DNA from: Neophaeotheca triangularis
Taxonomy: Eukaryota
Direction of reading: 5' to 3'
NCBI GenBank assembly: GCA_054600435.1
Contig: BAAIJX010000099.1
Location: forward strand, 1-43,309
Length of the DNA stretch: 43,309 nucleotides
The notes under the pieces are model-generated. The model worked only from the letters and a program-made list of their open reading frames with translations. It was not told the origin of the DNA and did not search any database. Below, piece by piece: positions 25,831-37,929 of this stretch (its first letter is position 1; each line of letters starts with the position of its first letter). Made by a program: the position numbers and the translations under genes.

Positions 25831-27462
25831 GTATGCAGTTGCGTATCGTCGTCGTCGTCGTCGTTTGCGAGAAAGAGTGACCGAACTATCAAATGAATGA
25901 ATCGGCAACGACGACTTGGCGGGCCTGCGAGCCTGAGGTCAGCGAGGCCGGTAAAGAACAGAAGGCTGATGGACAAACGAAGCAGATGCGGGAGGGACAT
26001 TAAAGGAAGGATAGATACCTTACTGCTTACCTGAGACTCGTCGGTGCTTCACACCACGGAGCAGCTACAGCTACGCCCTTCGCGCTCATGCTGCTGCTTT
26101 GTCGCCCTATTCTTGGTACTGGCGCGTAGTAGAAGTAGTGGGAGGAAGCGCCTGCGAGTTCCGGGGCGAGGTTGGTGATGCAAGAGCGCTCTGGCTGGCA
26201 AATGGGAGACGTCGCCAGTGTGCTGGACTCTATTTCGTACGTTGGCGCCCGTCTTGGGAGGCTACAGTACCTTAACGAGCGGCGGTACCACCGATGAGTG
26301 CCGTAGGAGCCTTCAGTGCAGTGATTCGGTAGGAAAGCCGTAAGCGCCCATTCGCAGAGCTTGGTATGCACTTGTAGGCGCCGGTGGCGATGATTGGCCA
26401 ATCGCTCTTCTGGATCTTATGAAGCCAATTCAAACGGTATTTCGATCGCGCAATGATTGATTCCGTCGCCTGTCGAGAGAATGCTTGAGTGTGAAAGATA
26501 AAGATAAAGAGAAGATGTTGGAAAGATGGGGGTCGTCGTCTCCCAGTGGAATGGCTCGAGATCGCATTTTGCGGGGAGCGAGGCTTGTCTATATAACGTC
26601 TGCTCAAAGGTAATTCGACCACTCTTTGACTTGTGGAATAAGGAGAAGTTGATCATGCGGCACAGCCAACTCATATACCCATACTCCAGACGCTGGTATG
26701 GTAACTGGGACAGGAAGAGAGAGAGAGAGGCAACTGGTAGACCCACGCTTATCAAGTATTGCAGCTATCCACAAGACCTTGAAGAGCAGACAAAACCTCA
26801 GGTATCTCAGGCGCGCCGTATACCACGCAAAGACACAGCGTGTCGCGCAGGTAGAAGCACGGATGAACGATCTCGTTGACGCTTCCAATGGCGCCAGTGG
26901 ATGGTCGTACGTACAACCATCAGCATTCTCCCTCCCTCCGAACAACAAGCCTTTGTTGTTTCCCATACACCATTGCAGTCTGCGATATAGACATGTAAGA
27001 GCTAGCGCGGGTGTCAAGCGAAGCGCGTCTGGGTACAGGACGAGATGTATAGACAGCGCATTGAGAGCTACCAAGGGCTTACGAAAGCCTTTGGCCACGT
27101 GGCTTGGGCAGACCGCAAAGATCGCGAAGGACGAATTGCGTTGCTCTTATTCAGTTGCGAAACCAGATCATGTCATGATATAGCAGCCAATGATTTCTAG
27201 TTGTTCAAAGTCCTTCCTAGGCCGACACCATCACTCACGCCTATGGGACACTATTTAGACGTCTGGTCTTCACAAGTCAGGCATGGGCAAGCTCACGAGC
27301 GAGATCCTAGGGCGTAAAGGTATATAACGATCTATCTGCTACTTCGTACGAAAGAAAGTCTATTTAATAGCAGATTAAGATGACCATCGGAATGGCAACC
27401 AAGCAATCCCCTCAGCCGAGATGTACCGCGAGCTTCCAACCGACTTCACTCCTACCTTACCC

Positions 27463-28703
27463 TCAAACCCGCAAGTACGCCTTGTACATCAAGTCGAACA
27501 GTCTCAAGTCCTGCATCGCATCCTGGGTCGTTGTCTTGATAGGCTTTCCAGCCGTCAGACACGCGTGCAGCTCTCTCATCTCCGCTGTGTAAGCGCTTTC
27601 GAAACTACACAGAACTTCCTTGCTCTCCGCCTCGCCGTATTCATTCAGCTGGTCGATCTTGACGGTGATGGGGAGACCACCGCCGACGCCGACGTAGGGG
27701 GTGTTGTATCTGAGACCGCGGATTAGCTGCGGTGGTTGATAACCAGTGAGCCAGGCGTGGCATCTTACTGAATAGAAACCGTCTTCTTCTCTCCGTAGAC
27801 TGTGAGATGGGCATCAAACCTCGGGACAGCGTCTATGCCGCTCTCGTAAGTCACCGAGAAAGGCTCTCCGGATTTCTGATTCTTGTAGTTGAACATGGCG
27901 GTGTAGAAAGGTTCGTTGGCACTAACACCCGCAACACTCTCTGGGAACCCAAGCGCCTCCCGCATAAGACTCAGGTCATGGCTTCCCAGGCTACCCAAAA
28001 ACCTACAATACTGCCTCATTTCGTCCGTGATCTCGCGGCCCTCGAAAGCCTCGTGTAGGAGACCATCGATCTTACGGTCTCTTTCCTCGCTCGCGTTCGG
28101 CGGAAAATCGGTGTTGCGAACAGGGAAAGTCCCGCTCTGGCCTACAAAATGCGGATTTGGGCCAACAATGTCGCGGCTTCGAGCGTACAGAATCCGCGGG
28201 ATGCTCGCTACTTCGCGCTTGAAAGTCTCGACGAAAGAAGGCGCGTACCGCCGCATGTAGCCGACGAAGACCCTGGCGCCATTGGCGGCTTGGGCTTCTG
28301 CGTCCGCAATGCGTTGAGCTGCTGGTAGGGAAAGTGTGAGGGGTTTCTCGATCATGACATGCTTGCCAGCTTGCAGTGCTGCTATCGCCAGGGGTGCATG
28401 TTGGTCATCTGATGTGAGGACAAAGACTAAGTCGACCTCGGGGTTTTGTATGACGGAATATGGCTCGGTGGTTGATTGCTTCAAATGGAACTTAGTAGCG
28501 CAGTGATCCGCGTTGTCTTTTGAAATGTCTGCAATCGCAATCGCTTCGAACAGCTCTGGCATCAAGGACAACGTTGGAAGATGGATCACCTAGAGGCTGT
28601 CTAGTCAATGAACCGACATTGAAAATGTCGCGGTGAGGCAATGTCTTACCTGGGCCACCTCTCCAGCGCCGAGAAGGCCAACCCTCAATTTCTGCGGTGC
28701 CAT
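27463..28703 (-). CDS. Gfo/Idh/MocA family NAD(P)-dependent oxidoreductase; exons 28703-28650, 28589-27769, 27709-27463
   Basis: Rossmann start LRVGLLGAGEVAQ|VIHLP, ALQAGKHVMIEKPL, VGYMRRY, GSHDLS. Two canonical introns restore the frame. Confidence 0.92.
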
Positions 28704-29661
28704 GACGAAAGTTGCTGTAGCTTTGAAAGCAACTTGAAGAGAGGTTATAGCAAGCAAACGGACTGAAAGAGATGTTCAAGTTGTCTTGTTGAATTAATAC
28801 TTGACTTCCCTTTACATTCGTGGAGCTTTTTGAGCAGAAGCCCCCGAGCGGCGACATGACGGCTGTGGGGCTGCGGGGGTTAATCCAGTAGAGCAGGTAT
28901 GTAAAATGTGTATACCTGAGGCTTGAGCAGCCAGTCGCGCAATTAAAAGGAGAGAAGTAGTTGTAATAATGGAACACTCGATACGGAATGATATCGCCCT
29001 TGTCCGTTTGATAGTTGGGGGGAGTGGCGATGATTTATACATCTAGCAAGGTGTCAGTACAACATTATATAGTGAAGAGGTACCTCTAGGTAGTAGGCTT
29101 GAGGTCAACCGTGCTTGCAGGTCCCGATAACCGAGCTTGGTAAAGAACTCACCTTACCTAAGCAGTTGGAGCCTAAGAATGGTCACGTGACCACTGTCTA
29201 TCCCGATGGGGTAACTAAGGTACTGATAAGTACTCCAGCTATACTAGTAGTTCCCGGGTGAAGTCTCGATGGTTGGAACTTGGCGCCAGCCCTACCAAGT
29301 ACTAACCCCTACCCTAGACTACCTTGGGCTACTAGTACCTTACCAGGCTTTATTAGAGAGTACCTTACCGAGCTTACCTACTAGTAGTACCGGTACCTAG
29401 GTAGACCTTTTACGCAACAATCGTCAGGGTGCAAGCTGGCCTCTCTCTGCCTGGCCTCTTTTTACTGTGGGGCCAAACTTCATCACCACCACCCGACACC
29501 CACCTCATCTTTCTTCCACGATTCAGTCATGATACGTGGTCTGTAAAAGCTCGCTGGCGGAGCTTACACACAATCGACACTCGACACACTCTCTCAACTA
29601 CTTCGACACTACCCCTCACCTACTCTGCCCGGAAAGCGCAGAAGCAGAGCTATCCGCCATC

Positions 29662-32600
29662 ATGGACAACGCTTTCGTGCGTTCCACAAAGGACGTGCTC
29701 GCCCATTTCAACGTGAGCATCGAGAGGGGTCTTTCTCAGAAACAGGTCGAAGCGCAGAGGGAAAAGCATGGAAGAAACTGTACGTATGCATGGCGTACAA
29801 GTCACATCGGTAGCATGAATGGTCTAACACACAAATAGCCATTCCCGAAGAACCCCCAACACCGTTATGGGAACTTGTGCTCGAGCAGTTCAAGGACCAG
29901 CTCGTTATCATTTTGCTGGGCTCAGCGGCCATCTCGTTCGTGTTGGCCTTGTTCGAGGAAGAAGAGGGATGGACCGCATTCGTCGACCCGGCTGTTATCT
30001 TGACCATCCTGATACTGAATGCGGTAGTTGGTGTAACACAAGAGAGCAGCGCTGAGAAGGCGATTGCTGCCCTTCAGGAGTACAGCGCCAACACCGCCAA
30101 CGTCGTAAGAGACGGCAAGATCAAAGAGGTCAAGGCGGAAGAGCTGGTGCCTGGAGATATTGTGAGGATCGCAGTTGGTAACAGGATCCCGGCCGATTGC
30201 AGAGTCCTCGACATTCACTCCAACAGCTTCCGCATTGACCAAAGCATTTTGACTGGAGAGAGCGAGAGTGTTGGCAAGGATACTGTGGCGATCAAGGACG
30301 AGCATGCTGTTAAGCAGGACATGATCAACACGCTCTTCTCTGGCACGACCGTCGTCACTGGCTACGCGCATGCCATTGTCGTTCTTACCGGATCAAACAC
30401 CGCGATTGGCGACATTCACGAGAGCATCTCAGCCCAGATCTCCGCACCCACGCCGCTAAAAGAGAAGCTGAACGACTTTGGTGACACTCTCGCCAAGGTG
30501 ATTTCTGCCATCTGTATTCTGGTCTGGCTGATCAACATCCAACACTTTAGCGACCCGTCCCACGGAAGCTGGACTAAAGGAGCCATCTACTACCTGAAGA
30601 TCGCCGTGTCTCTTGGCGTGGCAGCTATTCCCGAAGGTCTAGCCGTTGTCATCACGACATGTCTTGCTCTTGGAACGAGGAAGATGGCCCAAAACAATGC
30701 TGTGGTGCGATCTTTGCCATCTGTTGAGACGCTCGGAAGCTGCAGTGTGATTTGCTCCGACAAGACGGGTACCCTCACAACCAACCAGATGAGCGTCAGC
30801 AGGCTGGTATACGTTAACGACAACGGATCCGGTCTTGATGAAATGGAGGTCGAGGGTACGAGCTTTGCTCCGGAAGGCGCAATCTACCAAGGCGAGAAGA
30901 TTTTGGCCAACCCCGCGGCAACCTCGAAGACTGTCGCACAGATGGCAGAAGTGGCAGCGCTGTGCAATGACTCCGAGCTGTCGTACGACCAGGAGAAGCG
31001 TGTCTATACTAACGTTGGTGAGCCTACCGAGGGTGCTTTGAGGGTTCTTGTTGAAAAGATTGGTACTACGGACACTCAGTACAACGCTACAAGGGCCAAC
31101 CTTATGCCCGAACAACGTCGCAACCACATCACCAAGCGCTACGAAGAAACCAAGGTTCTGCGCACTTACGAATTCTCCCGCGACCGCAAGAGCATGTCTG
31201 TGCTTGCCGGAAACGAGTCCAAGCCGAAACTCCTTGTCAAGGGTGCCCCTGAGAGCGTTATCGAGAGGTGTACTCACTGCCTGACAGGCGCAAACGGCAA
31301 GCGTGTCCCACTGAGCGACAAGCTGTCTTCCTTATTAGCTGCCGAGGTCAAAGACTATGGAAACCGTGGTCTCCGTGTTATGGCACTCGCAAGTGTGGAC
31401 AGCCCCCAGCCCTATCTTAGCAAGAACGCCAAGACGACCTCTGAATATGCGCAGCTCGAGCAGGGCATGACTTTGCTCGGCCTGGCCGCTATGCTTGACC
31501 CACCTCGTCCTGAGGTCGCCGACAGCATCCGCAAGTGCAGATCGGCCGGTATCCGTGTCATTGTCATGACCGGTGACAACCAGAACACCGCAGAGACCAT
31601 CTGCCGGCAAATTGGTGTATTTAGTGAAACCGAGAATCTCAAGGGCAAGAGCTACACTGGTAGAGAGTTCGACCAACTTAGCGAAGCTGAAAAGGTCAAG
31701 GCTGCCAAGACCGTGAGCCTGCTTTCACGAACGGAACCATCCCACAAGAGCAAGCTCGTCGACCTTTTGCAAGCCGCTGGTGAAGTTGTCGCTATGACTG
31801 GTGATGGCGTAAATGACGCTCCTGCTCTCAAGAAGTCCGACATTGGTGTTGCCATGGGCACTGGCACTGACGTCGCCAAGCTGGCTGCCGACATGGTCCT
31901 CGCCGACGACAACTTCGCTACGATTGAGACTGCTGTCGAAGAAGGCCGCAGCATCTACAACAACACCCAGCAGTTTATCCGCTACCTCATCTCATCCAAC
32001 ATTGGCGAGGTCGTCTCCATCTTCCTGACAGCTGCACTCGGCATGCCCGAGGCTTTGATCCCCGTGCAGCTTCTCTGGGTCAACCTCGTCACTGACGGTC
32101 TTCCCGCCACAGCGCTCAGCTTCAACCCCAAGGACAACGGCCTGATGAAGCGACCACCACGCAAGCGTGACGAGCCCCTGGTCGGCGGCTGGCTTTTCTT
32201 CCGCTACATGGTCATTGGCACTTACGTCGGTCTGGCAACAGTCGGCGGCTACGCATGGTGGTTCATGTACTACGAAGGCGGCCCGCAAATCACCTTCTGG
32301 CAATTAGTAAGTGCCTTTCGTCCAAAATGCCTATCGAGTCCTCCCGCTGACATCAACCCCTCCAGTCCCACTTCCACCGCTGCAAAACCGACTTCCCCTC
32401 CCTCGGCTGCCAGATGTTCAGCAACGATATGTCGCGCACGGGCTCCACCGTGTCGCTGAGCATCCTTGTAGTGATCGAAATGCTGAACGCCATGAACGCC
32501 CTCTCGTCCTCGGAATCCTTGCTCACGCTACCGCTCTGGCGAAACATGATCCTCGTCTACGCCATCGCGCTTTCCATGGCCCTGCACTTTATGCTCCTCT

Positions 32601-32779
32601 ACACACCTATTTTGCAGACGATTTTCGGCATCGTGCCACTCGGCTGGGAGGAGTGGAAGATTGTGCTCGCTTGGAGCGCACCAATCATTGCGATTGATGA
32701 GGTTTTGAAATTTGTCGAGAGGGGTTGGTTTATGTCTGAGGGGGTTGAGGGCCAAGACGGGAGAGTTAAAAAGGAGTAG
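29662..32779 (+). CDS. SERCA-type P2A Ca2+-transporting ATPase (999 aa; Neurospora nca-1-like); exons 29662-29779, 29839-32306, 32366-32779
   Basis: [59 protein letters not shown] and IEMLNA (both Ca-site residue sets, typical of SERCA). Spliced length is 3000 nt. Confidence 0.97.
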
Positions 32780-33319
32780 TAGGCAGGGGAAGGCTTTGGA
32801 TGACTCTATTGGTGGGTAGGCTTGTAAGTTTTTGAGAAGGAAAAAAGTCTTTAGGGAAGGATACGGGAGGAGGAAATCGTTGCATAGCTGCTGTCCCTCT
32901 GTTGCTTGTGTGCTTGAAGGTTGTGGCAGGCATGAGTATATGGATTTTAGACTATAGAATGGCGATGTGCTTTCGTAAGGCTCTCCCCTCCTGCTCGGGA
33001 TCAGATTACAGGGTGCAGGCCCTGAAGTAGCCCAGGAGTGTGACTGGAGAGTTTCGATTTCGTCTCCCTCTTGCGCAGTGGCAGATCTTGTGCTTGGTAT
33101 GCAGCAGACAGGCTTAGGCGAGCTCATGTGACTGTAGCGACATGTCGTGTACCGAGCCACCCGTTAGCTTCTCCGATGTAGTGGCCAATCACCGACGGAG
33201 AGGCATGTAACGCCCCTTGCGTGTGTGTATTAGAGTGCCTACGACACACAAGGCAGCAGGAGTGTAATACCGAGACCGCGAGTTCCTCCGTCGAGTGAGC
33301 GATGGTACAAGAGAGAAGC

Positions 33320-33859
33320 TCACGGCAGACTCGTTGAATTCGCAAAGCTACCGCGACCTAGCACACAGCCGAGAACTTCGCGCCAGTCACACGAGACGCC
33401 GTCCCTGCCCTCTTCTGCCCTCAGCAATTCCGCCTTGAACCTCCCGAGCGAAGTGTCTCGCCCCTCGACAAAGAAGTCTGCCCCCGCCTCCCCAGGCTTG
33501 CCCACAGCACTCCACCACCTCCCCAACGCCCGCTCCTTCCACGTCTCCGGCGTGACTTTCACAACCCTCCAGGAACATCTGTCTTCACCCGGACTACGAA
33601 GCACGGTCTCGAAATCGCAATGGATGGTGCCAATGGTATCGTACCATCTGTGTCTCGAGCCGGCGCCGAGGGAGAGCGAAGTCGCGAGGCGTGTGTAGGG
33701 AAGGATGTCGCTGAGGATGACTTTGTCGGCGTAGGTTCGGAACTGGGTGGTTGTGTTGCGCACGTTGTGCCAGAGGTCGGGGAGGGCTATGTTGGAGAGG
33801 ATTTGGAGCCAGAGCTCGGTGGGGAGGGTGGGGGTTGGATTGGGTGTTGAGGGGGTCAT
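33320..33859 (-). CDS. F-box-like domain protein, 179 aa
   Basis: N-terminal LPTELWLQILSNI..LWHNVRNTTTQFR matches the F-box pattern; intronless ORF. Confidence 0.7.
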   Translation of the reverse strand: MTPSTPNPTPTLPTELWLQILSNIALPDLWHNVRNTTTQFRTYADKVILSDILPYTRLATSLSLGAGSRHRWYDTIGTIHCDFETVLRSPGEDRCSWRVVKVTPETWKERALGRWWSAVGKPGEAGADFFVEGRDTSLGRFKAELLRAEEGRDGVSCDWREVLGCVLGRGSFANSTSLP

Positions 33860-34100
33860 TGCTATGGCTGATGTGGTGCGGTGAGTGCTAAGCGAAAGGC
33901 TGTTGTCAGTCTGATGGTGGGTATCATTCGTCCGAGGGTGACATACATGTTATCGACTTGCTATTATAAGGAATGCTATATGGGTGAGTGTATGATGGAA
34001 GATGTGCTTGAGAAGGAGCTTGGGCCAACCGAAAGTCGTCACGCTTGCAAGCCTGATGGTTTCCAATGGGATTCCTACTGTTCGGTTGCGTCCGGTTTCT

Positions 34101-34678
34101 TCACATTGGATTAGGTACTGCCACAGACCTCGATGATGATGTGCAGACGGCCACATGCGGCAAGTCGTTTGCAAACTCGGTGTTGAAGAGCCGCGTCCAA
34201 TCGCAAGAGACTGTTTGGTCATCAATGCGTATAAACATATTCCTGTCGCGTGAAGGCGTTGCACGTTTGGAGCCCGAAGACCATAACATTTACTACTTGC
34301 CTATAGCTTGCGAATATTAATCGAAACACAAGACTTCTTCGCCGCTGTTCTGGTCATGTCCCCGATCTTGGTCGTCTCCCTGAGCTCAAGTTTCCCGCCC
34401 CGGCCAGTTTCGAAGAAGCAAAACTCGGGGGGTTCAGACGGATCATTGGTATCGAAATGCGAGAACTCCAGAAACATGAACTTGCTTGACACTGCGAACT
34501 TGTATCCGAGTTGCGCATCGCGGCCTATGACCGCTTTCGAGAGTTCGGGCATGGCATCAAGCAGACATGCATGGATCGATGCATGGAACGAGTACCGTCT
34601 TTCAGAAATAGCAAGCGCCGGCGTTTAGCTCTTTCGAAGCATAACCCACGTTGAGCCAAAGGTCTGTGGAATCGACAT
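34101..34678 (-). pseudogene. Possible decayed paralog of the adjacent F-box-like gene
   Basis: ORF pieces MSIPQT..RKS* and MPELSK..LEFSHFD.. are in one frame, separated by TAA. A downstream piece in another frame has VSCDWTRLF, compared with VSCDWREVL in the neighbour at a similar C-terminal position. Confidence 0.35.
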
Positions 34679-34966
34679 AGCGTAGGACCTGGAACCAGAG
34701 CTCGCTGGGTAGCCGGTTATGGCTTGGTTGACATGGTATCCGGCACACCGAAATGGTTTCTTTTGACGGTTTTCTGCGAATCTGAGCTCATCGCAAGTGT
34801 CACTTTCGAGCAGTGAGGGAGTACGTCCAGTATTAGAGGTCAGTAAGGACGGGCTGCTACAGTGCCAAGATATCATTCGCTTACATAACCACTGTACCTT
34901 GGACGTCAGACGTGCGGAAGGGAGCTTCTTGTCCGTGCCTGGTACTTGATCGCATATTTGATCGCA

Positions 34967-36829
34967 ATGCGCTCCCAGATATCGCGCCACCCTGGCTCCC
35001 TCACGCCTTTACAATCGCTCATAGCACGACGATGGCGACCTCAATGGTTCTTCAAAGGGTGTCAACACCGCCAGCGCATATGGCGGGCGCAGTCCACGGC
35101 AGCCAACTCCCAGATCACCACCAAAGATGAAAAGCCATACTACGTTACGACACCCATCTTCTACGTCAATGCCGCCCCACACGTCGGCCACATGTACACT
35201 ATGATATTGACGGACGTCCTGAAGCGATGGCAGCAGCTCAAGGGTCGCAAAGCCCTTCTCTGTACGGGCACGGACGAGCATGGGATGAAGATACAGCAGG
35301 CCGCTGCGAAAACAATGACCGAGCCGCAGCTCTTTTGTGACAAGGGGGCGGAAGTCTTCAAGGATTTGGGTGCCAGTGTCCAGATGAGCCATGACTACTT
35401 TATGCGGACGACCGATCAGAGGCACAAGGATGCGGTGGAGTATGCATGGCAGATGCTGGAGGATAAAGGCTTCATCTATGAAAGCAGTCATCAGGGGTGG
35501 TATAGTGTTAGCGACGAGACTTTCTACCCGTCAGCTCAAGTCCATTTGATCGTTGATCCTCCAACTGGACGAAAAATCCACGTCAGTATCGAGACAGGTA
35601 GCGAAGTAGAATGGCAGAGCGAGCGCAACTATCACTTCCGACTCAGTGCGTTCGAGGACAGACTCCTCGCTTGGTACAAAGACAACCCCGACTGGATCGT
35701 TCCTCGATCCCGCATGGAGCATGTAGTTTCCGAAGTCTCCGCCGGCCTCGAAGACCTAAGCGTTTCCCGCCCGTCCGGTCGTCTACAATGGGGAATCCGC
35801 GTCCCCACCGACTCCTCCCAAACAATCTACGTCTGGCTCGACGCCCTCCTCAACTACGCTTCGGCCGCCGGCTACCCCTTCAAAACTCCCGGCTACGAAA
35901 CAGAAGGCGGCTGGCCCGCAGACGTGCACGTCGTTGGCAAAGACATTGTCCGCTTCCACTGCATCTACTGGCCCGCGTTCCTCATGGCACTGGACCTGCC
36001 ACTCCCAAAGCAGATCCTGACCCACGCCCACTGGACCCTCGGACGCCAGAAAATGGCCAAATCCACCGGCAACGTCGTTAATCCCTTCTTCGCCCTCGAA
36101 CGCTTCGGCTCAGAAACGATGCGCTACTACCTCGTCCGCGACGGCGGCATCACCGACGACGCCGACTACGACAACCGCCGCATCATCGAGCGCTACAAAA
36201 AAAGCCTACAAGGCGGCCTCGGCAACCTCGTCTCCCGCATCATGCGCGGCAAAGGCTGGGACGTCCCCCGCGCCGTAGGCAAATTCGCCCGCGACTCATC
36301 GTCAAAGAACTGGAAATCCAGCGCCCTGGGGCGCGCCATCGATAACGACACCGCACGTTTCCACGGCCGCTTACGCACTCTGCCTTCCAAGACTGACCAG
36401 CACATGCGCGACTTGCACCCCAATCGCGCGTTGCAAGCTCTCGAAAAAGCCGTCTCCGACGCCAACGGCGAGCTGCAGCGTTTATCCCCCTGGACCATCG
36501 TCACGCAGCTCAAAAGCATCGTGGCCGACACTACAGGCAATGAATTGCATGAGCTCTCTCAGCGGGGGTTGTCTCCGGAGCGGTTGGAGGAGCAAGTCGA
36601 TAGCATTGTGTTTCTGTCTGCCGAGACGTTGCGGTTGGTGGGGATACAGTTGAGACCTTTTATGCCCGAGACTAGTGCACGGTTGTTGGACATGCTGGGG
36701 GTGAGCGAGGAGAGGCGTGGGTGGGAGTGGTGTCAGTTGGGTTGCGACGATGGGTATGGGACGCCTCTTGTCGAGTTGGGAAAGGGGGAGGAGGGAGTAT
36801 TGTTTCCGTCGTTGCTGAGTGATTTTTAG
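34967..36829 (+). CDS. MSM1: Mitochondrial methionyl-tRNA synthetase (620 aa)
   Basis: YYVTTPIFYVNAAPHVGH (HIGH), GTDEHG, YVWLDAL, GKDIVRFH, KMAKS (KMSKS). Arg-rich, acid-free N-terminal presequence. Confidence 0.95.
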   Translation: MRSQISRHPGSLTPLQSLIARRWRPQWFFKGCQHRQRIWRAQSTAANSQITTKDEKPYYVTTPIFYVNAAPHVGHMYTMILTDVLKRWQQLKGRKALLCTGTDEHGMKIQQAAAKTMTEPQLFCDKGAEVFKDLGASVQMSHDYFMRTTDQRHKDAVEYAWQMLEDKGFIYESSHQGWYSVSDETFYPSAQVHLIVDPPTGRKIHVSIETGSEVEWQSERNYHFRLSAFEDRLLAWYKDNPDWIVPRSRMEHVVSEVSAGLEDLSVSRPSGRLQWGIRVPTDSSQTIYVWLDALLNYASAAGYPFKTPGYETEGGWPADVHVVGKDIVRFHCIYWPAFLMALDLPLPKQILTHAHWTLGRQKMAKSTGNVVNPFFALERFGSETMRYYLVRDGGITDDADYDNRRIIERYKKSLQGGLGNLVSRIMRGKGWDVPRAVGKFARDSSSKNWKSSALGRAIDNDTARFHGRLRTLPSKTDQHMRDLHPNRALQALEKAVSDANGELQRLSPWTIVTQLKSIVADTTGNELHELSQRGLSPERLEEQVDSIVFLSAETLRLVGIQLRPFMPETSARLLDMLGVSEERRGWEWCQLGCDDGYGTPLVELGKGEEGVLFPSLLSDF

Positions 36830-37382
36830 AGAGGGGGTTGAGCCGAGGGGTTTGGTTCTGAGGGTTGTTTTGGTACCTAGCTTGTATGTAGTGTTGAGCG
36901 TTGGACACTAGTTTTTGTAATTGTAGGGGTGCTTTCTCAGCTATTGCGCTGAGACTAGTACAGTAGCCTATTAGCTACGACCCCATCCCGGTCAACACCA
37001 CTTCACGACACTTTAGCAAAGACCACTAATACCCCCCCTAAGGAGCCCCTACGGTTACGGATTACGACCAAGCGGGCACAGTGAAATGCACGACTTCGTC
37101 CACTTCCGAAGCCAACCTGAGTCGTCTGAGATCATCAAACTTGCGACTGCCTAGAGACGCAGGCATCAACTGATCCGTCCGTTTTGGCAAATGCTTGCTC
37201 CCGCGACCCCAAAACGCACGCGAAAGACTCCACAGCACCAGTCGCGAGCTCGGGGATCCCTGCATCCTCCAGCCTTTGCAGATCCAAATTGGCCTGCCGG
37301 CGGCACGACGTCCTCGAGTGGAATCAAATGCTGCCTCGTCCAGTTGCCCGTTGGCGTCTGGGTTTCCTGGACGTTGTACCTT

Positions 37383-37412
<30 letters not shown>
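37383..37412 (+). repeat. (TC)n microsatellite
   Basis: About 12 perfect TC units followed by degenerate units. Confidence 0.9.
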
Positions 37413-37413
<1 letters not shown>

Positions 37414-37929
37414 TTGTCTGATAAGTCGACAGGGATATGACATCAAGCGTTAAGGTACGTAGCCCAATGTTTGTGGTGATGTCACCTTCGCGCCGCCATG
37501 ATAGGTTTGTAACGCTCCTGAGTGAAGCCGGCTACCGCGGACGATGCTGTGGTTGCGAAGTTGGTGGTCGAAGTCGATCGTCTCGCGGTCAGACGACGCC
37601 ATCGACGTCGCATCGGTGCGAGGTTGTCCGAACTGGACACCCGACACTTGTGAAAGTGGAACAGAAGAGGGTGAAGTGGGCAGGGGAGGAAAAATTGTCG
37701 CTTCCATGCTGGTGGGCAGCTGCCTGGCATCGCAGCTCGTGGCTTCCTCGCTTTGGAACGCCTTCCAGAATCCAAAGCCCAGGCCTCAATCCGAGTACCT
37801 AGGTAAGGTAGGCAATCACGCGCCATCACATGACATACGGTATGTTCCAACGGTTCCGAAGTCAAGGATGGCGCGTGCCAGCTAGAGCAGTCTGTGCAAA
37901 CAGCAAAACCTCCCATTCCATACCTCGAC

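Noticed and set aside
29922..32303. Multiple antisense and alternate-frame ORFs over SERCA (likewise over MNS1, MSM1 and the acyltransferase)
   Set aside because: Shadow ORFs caused by GC3-biased codon usage.
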